Assembly (NCBI GenBank): GCA_965153455.1
Contig: OZ234493.1
Coordinates: forward strand, 15,428,213-15,492,212
DNA from: Sphagnum compactum
Taxonomy: Eukaryota
Direction of reading: 5' to 3'
DNA: 64,000 bases
Within the stretch, counting starts at the first letter, position 1; each line of letters opens with the position of its first letter. The notes beneath the pieces were generated by a model, which saw only the letters and a list, made by a program, of their open reading frames with translations, was not told the DNA's origin and did no database searches. This document shows, piece by piece, positions 27,347 through 39,469 of this stretch. A program made the position numbers and the translations under genes.

Positions 27347-28439
27347 CATTAGACTTCTTGGTTTTTCTGCCCATCCCTGACTTCCAGGTTTACAAAGATC
27401 TTCACATGATTTCTTTCTGTAGCATATTACTTAGGCCATTCAGCGTGAATGTTCTGAGCTTGGCTTCTGATGAATATTTAAGATTATCACTGTCAGGACG
27501 CACATTGTATACAATATCCAGATGAGAACTCATGGGATCAACTTATACTTGCCAACTTTGTCCATGTATAGGAAACTGATCAGAAACAGCATTGCAGGCA
27601 CATAGAGCATTGGCATGTAAGCACACAATACAAGATATGCAAGAGAGTGAGTTCCACCACCATGAACAATAAAACTACCAGCCCCGGTTTAAAAATTTCC
27701 TTGAACAACAAAAGTCAAGACATTTGCTGTACTCATGTCATTATCTTGCGCACCCCATGGGTTAGTGCTTGTATAGTAGCACCTATTTACTTTCACCTTG
27801 TGTTTATACAAATACTCACAACGCTTAAATAAGATTCCCGATAGTTCTATGCAATGCCTGAACAATTGGAGTGCAGAGATCCTATGGCATTGCCAGTCTA
27901 TGATTCTGGTTCTTTCACACGCCCCAACTCCCACTTGCAGTAACCAAAAAAGGAGGACAAAGGATGGCTGAGAAAGACACAGGAGACCCTGACAGCCAAC
28001 TTGCATACAAAACATCAGAACCAAGTAAAAGAATGCATTAACAAAGGGAAATAATGAAAGCCTCTTAGTTCCTGTGTTTCATAATCAAGTGTACCAAAAC
28101 TTTTGGATGAGTATGCAGGACATTTTCCAATGTTCTCTCACTTTATCATCTTGACAAAAAGAACATTTAGCTTCACTATCCCCTCCTCCAATACGTGTAC
28201 ACCTCCAGAAAACAGAAGAGGTCTAATTTGTGCTCAACAAGCTACACAATAAGCAGTAAATACAACCTACATCACATGCATCAAGGCCACAGAGCTGCAA
28301 GATAGCCAAGGAAGCTGCTGCTGGGGAGCAAGCAGCTGATCACCACACTGGCATCAGAATTTTCCAGTCTGCTTCTGTCCCAAGAAGTAGCTGAAGGTTG
28401 GGATTTCATGTTGATGATCACTTTGCTCCATCTCAAGCA

Positions 28440-30442
28440 TCAGTCCCTGCAGAGAACAAAGTTTATTAGAATTCAGGCTCTGCATTCTGCTTCATGCATT
28501 CCACAGACATCAGACATTGAAGCCAACCCTAAGGACACTGCATAAATTTTAAGGGCAAACACAACATGCACAACAGCTACAGTGACACTGTAGCATATAC
28601 ATCAAATTGATGCAGGAAGGATGCACCAAGAGCAGAACTATACCAGTATTTGATGAGCCCATCCCAACCACAAGTAGCCACCTTGGACTGCTCCAAAGGA
28701 TGCCATTCAGCACCAATACAAACCCCTTCATGGCACTTAAGGGTACGGAAAACCTTACAAGTTTTCCAATCCCAGAACCAGCAGCGGCCTTCACCATCAC
28801 CAGACATGATAAAGCGCCCATCTGGTGAGAAGTTGACCTGGCATGCATACCCAGCCACAATATGGCCTGCAAACCGCTTCTTCTTGTTGAGACGGAAACG
28901 CTCACGGGTACTGTAGATAAGAATCTGGTTGTCCAGACTCTGGGCTGCAAGCCAGTTGGTGTTTGGGTGCACAGTGATGCTTGGCATTGAATGCATGTGT
29001 GGCTCACTGATGTACTTGATTACGACAGGAATGCCAAACTCCCAAACACGGAGTGACTTATCATCACTTGAAGTCACAAACCTCCGGTTATTGTCAACAA
29101 AAGTGATTGTGTTTACAGCACCCAAGTGCTGGTCATACTCCTGGGTAATGTCACCGGTGCTCATATCCCACTGCACAATCTTTTTGTCGCTCATGCCTGC
29201 AAGCAATACATTCTGCTTGTCCTCATCAGGATTGAACTTCACAACATACGGAATCTTGCCTGTTGAGAATGATGAGACCACCTTTCCTGTTTCTGTGTCC
29301 CACAACTTGATCTTCCTGTCATATGATGCAGTGAGAAATTTAGAGCCATCATTGTTGAAGGAAATATCTCGCACTGCTTTCGAGTGCCCCATGTATGTCC
29401 GCATGCATTTCCCACTGCCATGTACATCCCAGATCTTCACCTTGGTGTCCATGCTTGCTGAGAGCAGAAGATGGCCATATTTTGGGAAGAACCGGATGGC
29501 AGACACACCCTTTGTATGACCACTCCATGTGTGCACCCATCTCTTTGGAATGTAGCAGTGATCATTCGTTGCTTTGACATCCTTGGGAGGTGTAATCCAG
29601 GATCTGCCTTGATAATCAACCTCCTCTTTGCCATGGAAAGTACTCTTGTCCTCGGTCTCAACCTTCTCGCCCTTCTCCTTCTCTCCCTTCTTCTCCGCAT
29701 GTTCTTCTGCATACTTCTTCTGTTCTTCTGTGAGCTCCCCTTGCAAGCCCTCCTTCTTTCCAGACCATGGAGACTTTGTATTCTTCAACAGCCAGTCTTC
29801 CGATGCGGGATTATCCCTTTTTTCTATCTCCTCTTCATCAAGGTCACCTTCCGCACTCGGCTCTCGGGCCCTCTTCTTATCTAGCTTTCTCTTCCTATGC
29901 TCGTGCTGTGGCAGGTTATACACTGAAGCTCCGTCATTGAGATGCACTGCACTTGCATCTCCAACAATGTTATTTCCTGTGACCCCTCCAGGATCGGCAG
30001 CATAGCCGTAAGTGTGAAATGTGTTGTACTGCTCATCGAACATGAAAGGCGCAATTGCTGCATCCTCAACAAACCCTAATTTATGATTCCGGAGTCCCTG
30101 AGCCATGCCATCCTTCGCATAGGGATGAGCAGGTCCTGCAATCGGTGCCCAGAGCTGCTCGAAGGTAGGGTTATAGTTCACCTTATGCTGCGAAGGATCG
30201 ATAGGCTTCTTCGTCGTCCCGCCAACAGTGGCGCCGGCTGGCCTTACTAGGAGCAAGGAGTCACTGATCTCAGGCGCCGCAGACTTCTTCAGCTCCATCA
30301 GACGGATGGGAGAAGCGGATTCCGGCGAGGACGGCGGCGAGTCCGACATCCGGCCTGAACTCGACGCTTCCTCCAACGTCCCTGACATGGGCTCCCTCCC
30401 CGAATCTTGGCTCCCATCATCATATTCTGCAAGAAGATCCAT
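28440..30442 (-). CDS. CDC40: Pre-mRNA-processing factor 17 (PRP17/CDC40), WD40 second-step splicing factor; exons 30442-28644 and 28446-28440; 601 aa
   Basis: [77 protein letters not shown] and [21 protein letters not shown] are characteristic of PRP17. First true ATG is at 30442 (MDLLAEY). Intron TG|GTATAG...TGCAG|G GAC TGA restores the conserved KYWD* end. Confidence 0.95.
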
Positions 30443-30582
30443 CTCTAATACAGCCAAACGAGACGCCGCACCAGCAAGCTCAATCTAGCGCCGTTCCACC
30501 TACTGCAACAACACAGAAAACGAAGGTTTCTACACACAAAATCGAGACCCTCAAACACAGCCCAGAAAACCAGAGAGAATGA

Positions 30583-30616
30583 AAACCCTACTTAGGGTTT
30601 GGAGCTTCAAACCCTA
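30583..30616. promoter_or_regulatory. Three telo-box motifs (AAACCCTA) upstream of PRP17, two forming an inverted pair
   Basis: AAACCCTA-CT-TAGGGTTT at 30583-30600 and AAACCCTA at 30609-30616, 140-175 bp upstream of the ATG. Confidence 0.55.
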
Positions 30617-30771
30617 GAAAGAAGCAGCAGGGTAATAACTGAGGGCGTTATTACTTTTTTTACTGTAGGAAATTTGCGTGAATTACGTTTTACTTCTCTT
30701 CACACTTGCCTGCATTGATGTGGATCATTTGTTACCTGGGGTATTATGAATAAGGTAGGTACCTCCCCCTA

Positions 30772-31762
30772 CTCCTTTTATTTCCCTCATATGTTCCCAT
30801 ATGGTTTTCAATAGTTTATTATTATTTATGTCAATCTCAATTTGATTTTATTATATAACATGAACATGAAAAGGCAAATGTTATTGTGCCTTTTTATATA
30901 TATATTTAAAAGATATTGAAATAAAAATAATTCTGAATAATAATAACAATAATTTGAATTCAAAAAATATTTTTTAGATTTATCCAAAGTTTATGGCTTC
31001 AAGCAAGTCACACACACACACGCATATATATATATATATATATAATTTAAAAAATAAAGTGAAAAGGCATAATAAACATTTTTTTGGTTTTTTGAGTTAT
31101 GTTTTATGGACTACCTTATTTCTTTTCTAATAATTATCTCACTCTTTTTTTTTCCTAGGCACTTACATGGACATGAAAAGACACATTAACATGCCTTTTC
31201 ATGTTCCATATTATACAATAAAATCAAATTCAAAGATTGACATAAATAATGATGAATTATTGGAAACCATATGGGAACATATGAGAAAATAAAAAGGGGA
31301 GAATTAATGTGCCTTTTCATGTCCATGTTATATGATAAAAAAAATCAAAAGTGAGTTTGACACAAATAATAATGGACTATTGGACATTACATGGGAAACA
31401 TATGAGAAAAATAAAAGAGGGAGGAAGGGGAAGGGGACATTATTAAATCTCCTTAACCATGATTTTGACCTCTTTCTCACATTTTCAAAGTGAAGCTTAA
31501 ATTCAAAATTTTAAATTTATGTTAACTATTAAAGAACCTTCCATAAATCTAGAGCTTTTTCCCCAACCATGGTTCTAGTATATATAAATATGTATTAATT
31601 CAAAAAATTATTGTTCAAAATTATCTTTGTTTTAATATTTTTTCAAAAACTTACATGTGCCATTTCATATCCATGTTATATAGTAAAATCAAATTTAAAG
31701 ATTGACACAAATAATGATGAATTATTTAAAACCGAATAGGATCATATGAGAGAAATAAAAAG
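30772..31762. mobile_element. Foldback/MITE-like structure: one ~105-bp arm plus three inverted copies
   Basis: Arm 30772-30877 (..TCATATGTTCCCATATGG..TTATGTCAATCT..AATTTGATTTTATT..CATGAAAAGGCA) is the reverse complement of units at ~31192-31300, 31309-31420 and 31657-31762. Confidence 0.7.
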
Positions 31763-31999
31763 AAAATTTGGCAAATAGATAAACATATTTTTTAGCCAAT
31801 TTGGAAAACAAATTGTCTAAATTTAACCCAAAAAACCCAAATGGTGATGTCAAGAATACTTTTATTTTGCCAATTTATGTTTTTGGGCAAACGGCCTCAA
31901 ATGTGGGAACAAGTTCAAAGCTCTCTAGAAAACTCATGCCTTCTCTATGTCCAGAATAAAATTTAGTGGAAAAATGACTAATAAGAAATAGGAAAATGA

Positions 32000-32024
32000 C
32001 CCCCCCCCCCCCCCCCCCCCCCCC
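32000..32024. repeat. Poly-C tract (25 C)
   Basis: Direct read of the sequence. Confidence 0.9.
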
Positions 32025-32498
32025 GAAAACAAATTTATAAAAAATTATTTAAAAAAAGAAAAAGAAGGTCTTGCAAGCTTCTTGCCTCAAAGTCTCAAAA
32101 TCCAAAATGAATTTTTAAAAAAAATCCAATATCAAGTCTCCATATGATGATGCCAATTGGCATTCATGGCATATTTCCTGTGATGACTCAAAAAAGGAAA
32201 AGCCGTTGGGTCCCAACCAAGATTTTGTTGAACCATTTGGCTGAAATGGATTGAACCAACTAGCGTGGATGACATCATAGATCCATCCAAGCCTATCTAC
32301 GTGGAAATTTCCCCCAAACTCCCAATGAACCAAGTAGTAAAAAGCCATAAATCTTTTTTCTTTTTAAAAAAAAAATATCACTTCATGATTGTGCCTTTTT
32401 TTTCGGGGGCAAGAAGTGGTGGATCAAGAAAAAGTGGATTTTTGTATTTTTCTGACCTTTTATTAATAAAGCTCAATGTAGGAGGGACCTTATAAGTC

Positions 32499-32685
32499 AA
32501 AACTGGCTCCCTCATTGGCTAATGACCTAAAAAAGACCTAGGTCCGACCGACACCTAGGTAAAAAATGCAAAGAACACCCCATTCCCTTTTCCTCTTCCC
32601 CCCCCCCGCCCCTTCCCTTTAACCCCCCCGCAAACGCCTCCTGGTTTGGCAAAACTCGCTCCCTCATTGGCTCATAACCCAAACT
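32499..32685 (+). promoter_or_regulatory. Twice-repeated reverse CCAAT-box module upstream of PSAT1
   Basis: AAAACT(G/C)GCTCCCTCATTGGCT occurs at ~32499 and ~32651, flanking a C-rich tract and followed by a CT-rich leader. Could alternatively be MITE ends. Confidence 0.4.
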
Positions 32686-32990
32686 GTAAGCCGCTGTTGG
32701 CGCCGGTCGGGGTTTCGAATCCCTCCGCCATCATCATCGTCTTCCTCTCTCTCTTTCTCGCCTCGCTCGCGCTCTCTGGCGCACGCACTGCGCTGCACTT
32801 TCCTCTCTCGCTCGCGCAGAGTAGCGCAAAAGCGCAAGCGCTTCTTCTTCTTCGATTGTGTGCGGAATTTTTGTACTGGTAGTACTTACTCGCGGGAGCG
32901 GAGGGGGAAGCAATGGAGAGGCTGGTGCAAGAACTAACAAGGCTATTATCATGAGTGAGTTCTGTGGTAAGAAGAGGAATTATCAGCACG

Positions 32991-35900
32991 ATGTGGAGGC
33001 GTGTGTTCCTAAGCGCGTGGTTAGCAGCCTTGGTAGTGCTCGTGGTGGTGGCGGGAGCCAGGTTGGAAGTGGAAGGAGCGGGAGTGAACAAGGAAGTGTG
33101 GGGATCACTGAGTTCCAAGCTGTCAGGGATCATCATCCCTGGCTTTGCGTCGTCGCGGTTGCGAGCCTGGGCGATTCTGGACTGTCCTTACTCGCCGCTA
33201 GACTTCCGGCCTCTGGATCCTGTGTGGCTTGACACTAAGAAGGTCGGTTTTGTTTGTATTTTTTCCCCCCTTCCCCCCCGGGCTTTTGTGCCTTCTTTTC
33301 TGTGCAGAAACACGATAGCGGATTTGGACTCACCACGACGAGCTGAGAGATTCGAATAATTCGCTGCGAAGCTGCAGCGCTGAATAAGTAGATTGACAAG
33401 TAGATTTGAGAATGTCTGTCAGTTTCAGTCTGTGAGCAACTATGTATCAATCTGCTGGTCGATTTTCCTTTCTCGAGATATATGATGATCAGCTGTTTCC
33501 TGGTAGATTACTTTGTAGCAGGAGCAGTAGCAGCTGTATAAACCCCTACAATATAGAGCTAGGAAGGATTGTGATGTGTGAAGCAGTCTTTAGACATGGA
33601 AGGATAGCACCTGATGTTTGACAGGATGAGTCTTTCTATGCAAGAGCCTTGCATGCAATTCTTCACAAATCCATTCACTGGAAGGCAAGCTCCACATGAG
33701 CAATCCAGGTCTCTGTTCTTCCTGGTGTATGTACATGGTAGATTGGATATAAGCAAGAGGCAACTGATGTTTTGCAAGAAGAAATCAAAACAAAGTTCTT
33801 TACAGTGCATTACAGTTGATTGAATTGGGAGTACTTGCAGGTATTGTCAGTCTTGAATTGCTGGCTGAAGTGCATGCTTCTGGATCCCATAACTCAAGCT
33901 GACCATCCAGAGTGCAAGTCACGCCCAGATACAGGCCTTTCTGCTATCACTGAACTTGACCCTGGCTACATTACAGGTCAATTTCTCAAACCCCAGAGGA
34001 TGAATGCTAGTTCTATAGTCCAGGGTAATATGTGCCTTGCAGAAATCAAATAGTTTTTGAGCTGCTATTTTTATGTACTTTAGAGTCTTTGTGCAGATTT
34101 TCTCAACCCTTTTTTGTATTCTTGCCTTTCTGTTTCCGGTCTCCAATCTGGTGTGTGGTGTGTGATGCTGCTGCCAGGTGCATTGTCTTCAGTATGGCGG
34201 CAGTGGGTGAATTGGCTGGTGGAATTTGGGATTGAGCCAGATGCAATTGTTGCTGTGCCATATGACTGGCGTCTATCGGGCTCCATGTTAGAGGAGCGCG
34301 ACCTTTATTTCCACAAGCTCAAGTGTGTATAGAGAGCTTGTTAAAAGTGCTGAACTGGATCTCTTTCATTTTGGAGGCCTCAGTAGAATGTCTTTTGCAT
34401 GCCATCAATTTGTGTTCTTGATGAAAAAGGAGAACTGAACGAGCTCTAAATAACTTGAAACTACTACAAATGCATGACTTGTTGCATGGAGACCTGGATA
34501 CTCTTGTTGGTATCTGCACTGAACAAGTTATTGTTAATGTTTTGGAGGGTTTGTAGATTGACATTTGAGACAGCACGCAAGCTGCGGGGAGGTCCATCAC
34601 TGGTGTATGCACACTCCATGGGGAATAATGTGTTTCGCTACTTCTTGGAATGGCTGAAACTGGAGATTGCACCCAAGCATTACACTGAGTGGCTTGATGA
34701 CCATGTCCATGCGTATTATGCTGTTGGTCTGTCCCTCTCTATCTGTCTGTCTCCCTCCCTTGCCTCATTTTCACAGGTTTTTTGTTTGTTGCACGAGGGC
34801 AGGACTTGTGTAAAAGGTTTGTGAAACCCTACGGCTTCTGTAATATAATGCGGTTCTTGTGTTCAGGAGCTCCCCTATTGGGTGCAGCAGAAACTGTCAA
34901 GGCTTTGATGATCGGTGTGACATTTGGGCTACCCATATCTGAGGTGTGCTCTTTTCTACCAGATTGTGTTGTTATTGTTATACTCATTGTTGGCCAATGA
35001 GCCTGGAGATGATTGCAATTGCTTATCCTTGACAACATGAGGTTGTCTCCATTATGTATGTATGAGAGACTTGGGTTGTTGTTTGCGAATCTTCCTATTG
35101 AATGCCTTGAGGCATCCAAAGCATGTGAAAACAGTTGTTTTTATATGTGACATAATGTTGGATGAGGACAGGGGACAGCAAGATTGCTCTGCAACTCATT
35201 TGGGTCATCACTTTGGATGTTACCATTTTCAAAGCATTGTCATGTTAATGACAGAATGTGCAGTAAAAGTGATGCTGATGTCCAGGCGGGGGCACACTAT
35301 TTCTGTGACAAGAATGAGAGAGAGGGGAACTCCTCTAGTTGGCCAATTGATATTGCAAGAATTGATTTGCCTGCTTCTCCAGGTAAGATAGAGCAACTGT
35401 GACAAGAAACAAAATGTCTTTGGCTGTACCCTACTTCTGAAAAGGAGAATTGGTTGGTTGCAAAGCAGAAATCTCAATCTTATCAGAGCTATAGTTATAA
35501 TCTCTGTCCAAGTGTCTGGGAACTCAAACATTTCCTTTCACCTGTAATTAACACTACATTTGCATTTTTTAATTTTAGGCAGCTGTCCAGCAGTGGCGAT
35601 GATTGCCTACCCAGATGTGTTGCCCGAACCAGAAGCAGTGACACCACTCACACAGTGTGGTATGCGGGTTGAACGCTCATATTCAGCACATCAGATATCA
35701 GATGGCACTTTTCTGAGAGATCTTGTGGATGCTGATGTCCACAGTACACGTGCCCTATACCATCTTATCAAGTTAGATTTCACTGGAATCCTTATTGTCC
35801 ATCCCTGTTCATGCCAGACACTTCTTCTGGGAATGATCCGCTCAGTTGCAACCTATTCAAAACTGGGTGTTTAGGGAGGGCAAATCTCATGAGTAGACAT

Positions 35901-38900
35901 TTTACAAAGATATTGAGTGCCAATGGGTTAGGTTGAGAGCCATTTCATATCTCCTGCACTGACAATGTGGAGTGCCATCTTGGCTGGACCTCACTACTGG
36001 ACCCATTAGAAAGCAATGCATAGCCTGATGATAATGCTCGTGTGGTGGCAGGTACTACTTGGAAGATCCTATATTGAATCCACTGACCCCCTGGATGAGA
36101 CCACCCATTCAGAATGTCTATTGTGTATATGGTGTGGACATGAAGACAGAGGTCAGCTTTCAAACTAGTTGTAGCTTTGAGTTTTCAGGGATGGGCTCAT
36201 AATCAAACTCCTTTTACTCTGATTATTTGGGGAAACCCTTGGGTTGCCAGAATGCATGCAGAAACTAGAACAATGCTTTACCACTGCAAAAGTGAATGCT
36301 CTTGCCTCTGGAAAAGTTGACATGCTTTATCAGGTCAGTATGATTTGGTACTAGAGTTTTAGACATTCTCCAAAGTTTTTGTTGTTGCCAATGGCAATGC
36401 ACAATTTTTTCTCAATTAGTTGCTGCTGTTTGTGGTCAGGTAGGGTACCATTTTTCACCCAGTGGCAAGCCTTATCCTGACAATTGGATCCTATCAGATG
36501 TTTTTTTTGAGAATGAGGGTGGCACTCTACAATCAAGGTTAGCATGTTCTTCCTGCTTGGAACCATTCCTAGTAAGAGATGGTTGAATTTTTCTAGAGCT
36601 GTGATTATTGTTGCTGGTAATCTGGTTGACTAGTTGATGATGGTTTGGTTTGTGATTGGATTAACCTTTGGCTCTTGTCTCAATGAGTAATAAATTGTCA
36701 TGTGGTGGCTGCCAGGTCAGGGGTGAGAGTCAGTGGTACTTCAAATCCAGCTAGTGGAGATGTTACAGTATGACTCCTGACGTTCTTGCTGATTGTTGAG
36801 TTCATTATGAGGTTTTGTCAGAGTACTACTGCATGCTGCATCTGGCCTTACTCATTGTCAGAATTCAGAAATAACTATACATTCACTGCCCATGTTCTCT
36901 TTCAAGGTTTTATCAATGAGGTTGGTTAGTTTTAGCCAAAATCTGGAAGTTGTTCAATTTCATTCAAATCTGGATGAACCTTCCAGGAGTATGTTTGCAA
37001 TGAAGAGAAATGACTGGTGGAAGCCCTGAAGCCTGGTTTACTGGATGTACCTCAGTTGCCATGGCAAAGGGTAAATAGGTTATCTGCCCTTATGGTATGT
37101 TTGTTGGACATATTTTGGGCATAATAGGGTCCTCCATACTGTAGCCTTTCTGAGATGGAGGACAGTATTTTGGAGGCTTCTTGAGGACTAACATCATAAC
37201 TGAGTCTTTCCTATCACTACTGGAAATGCAACAGAAACTCAGGATGCAGTTTTTTCTATAATCGTTTGCCCTGAATTTTGAGCAGTATTGTACACTAATC
37301 TACATCAATGTTGGGAGCTGATGAAGTTAATTGTAATGGCAGTAATGGCAGTAATGGCAGCTAGTTGCTGCCATTCATGATAGAGGTGATGGGCTGATAC
37401 TTTGTGAGGAACACTCTCCAGGTTATGACCATACCATTCTTGTCATGCTTGTTTTGGTTTGGCTGCAATTGACAAAAGGGTTACCTTCAAAGTGTTTTGT
37501 GCAGTGATCTTATGGATTGGTGAATGGATGGAGTTGACAGGTACCATACAACTCTCTGTCATACTGTAAAACATGGCTGGGATCTCGAGTCAACATCACA
37601 AGGACTCCCCAGGTCCTCCCTTGCCTATGTCATTGAAAAACAAACTGTTGCTTTGCTTCAAACTGTACCATATTTATGAATGTACAGTATGTTTGCTCTC
37701 TGCAAATTTCAGCCCAGAAGCAAGATCTGAGCATTGGATCTTGAACTTGGACAAAGTTAGAGAAGAGTGTTGGTTTAAGGGATGTCACAAGGAGTGTTTA
37801 AAATTCCGCGTAGTCGTGATCGAGGTTTTTTTGGGAGATGTGGCAGACTGCACATGAGGTGAATGACATGCAGGAGGAGCTGGATGTGTTTCATGAATAT
37901 GGCAGTGATGTTGTACCAAACATGACCAGAGAAGCAGGTGCCAAATACATCACGTATTATGAGGATGGTGTCAGCCTTCCAGGGAAACGGACTGCTGTCT
38001 GGGAGCTTGACAAAGGCATGCTCAGTTTTGTGCCACCTTTTGTCAAAAGAATCACTTAAGAATCTATGTCAAATGATTGTCTCAAATCTTAAGATGTAAT
38101 TCATGGAAGGCAATGGTTACTTGTTTGCTGCTGCATGTGCATACAAGGTCAAGAGGCCCTACTGGATTGGTGTGTATCATTTAGTGCTCACCAGTGTATC
38201 CTCAAGTAGAGGTTTTTCAATGCTTTCAGAACGTATGAAAAAACAGCATATGAGTCTCATGCTTTCTAGATGCAGTGCATGTTTTATTCTCTTCCTCCCT
38301 GCAGTAAGTTGTTTGCTTTAGTCGCAGCCCAAGACTTTATGACTGCAAGAACAATCAATAGTACTGTTTAATTGCATTATCAAAGCTTGTTTGAGCAGGC
38401 CTTGAGATATTTCATTTTTGGTGATGGATTTTGCAGCGGATCACCGTAATATAGTGCGGTCCCCAGTATTGCTGAGGGAATTGTGGTTGGAGACTGTTCA
38501 CAGCTTCCACCCAGATGCGAAGCGACATTTTGTGTCCAAAGGTGAGTGATTTCGATGTCAGAAGCACTGTGTGGATGTTGCAGTAAAATGCCACTAGTTG
38601 AGTCTCAAGTTTCTGCTCTAGTTTGCATCAAGAATGTGAACTGTTATGCAAATACACTATCATGAGCATTGCATTTACTGACATGGCTCTTCATCTTCAT
38701 CACCATCATCTTCTCATCTGACCAGAATACTCAGCTAGCTTTTACAGAGAAGGCAGCCTGACTGGACAGTCCAAAGAGGAGAGGTGTTAGTTTTTGGGTA
38801 AAACTAAGTGGTAATTATGGTTGATATACACTGTTGTACAGAGCGTCGAGAGCCAATGAGGGATGAGGATTGCTATTGGGACTATTCAAGAGCACGGTGT

Positions 38901-39469
38901 AGTCGAACAGACCGCTGTGAATACAGGTTTGCCAGCATGTTACCAGTATGTTTGTTGTGATATGTAGCAATGCCTTTTTGCTACAGTTTGTTCCCCACAA
39001 CCTGGTATTTTTTGTGACAATTTGTTAGGCAGATTTGACTGCTATCAGATGATTCTCAATTCTTGGAAAGTGTCACATGATTTTTCACCTACCATGGTAC
39101 TTAATATCTTGCAAGGCTTGTGATGTGTGTAAATCATGAAGAATTGTTCAGTTTCAGAGTTATTAACCATCGATTAGTTGACACGTGTTGAACCTGCCAG
39201 CAACATGTTGACTTACTGTGATTAGGGTGCAGAATCTGTAGAATCTTTTTGCACCAGCAATGTTGTTGACCATGTTTCTGCATGCATGAGAGATCTGCAA
39301 AGGAAAAATCAAGCACCTGTATCTGTATTTCAAAAGTTGTTAGCCATTTCAATAACAAAAATGGAATTTTATGTGGATGTGCAGGTATGTGTTCGGTGAT
39401 GTGCACCTTGGACAAAGCTGCCGGCTGAAAGCTAGCTCTGACAAGGACCACATTCTGAATTACCTTTGA
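32991..39469 (+). CDS. PSAT1: Phospholipid:sterol O-acyltransferase (LCAT family), 15 exons: 32991-33242, 33841-33976, 34178-34322, 34557-34726, 34867-34943, 35172-35382, 35579-35771, 36052-36151, 36440-36537, 36716-36767, 37541-37612, 37847-38015, 38437-38541, 38842-38926, 39385-39469; 649 aa
   Basis: N-terminal hydrophobic anchor, then SKLSGIIIPGFAS..LRAW.ILDCPYSPLDF, VPYDWRLS, AHSMG nucleophile motif, SGDVT/VPY, HRNIVRSPVL and C-terminal YVFGDVHLGQSCRL. These closely follow Arabidopsis PSAT1 as recalled. Exons sum to 1950 nt in frame, using one GC donor. Confidence 0.95.

Noticed and set aside
30443..30457. ORF-track start MAVLE for PRP17 (and 46081/60835 for the P450s)
   Set aside because: These begin at non-ATG codons. 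The first ATGs are 30442, 46102 and 60856.
28549..30488. Alternative-frame and antisense ORFs over PRP17 (similarly over the AAE and P450 exons)
   Set aside because: Shadows of real coding sequence, with no independent motifs.
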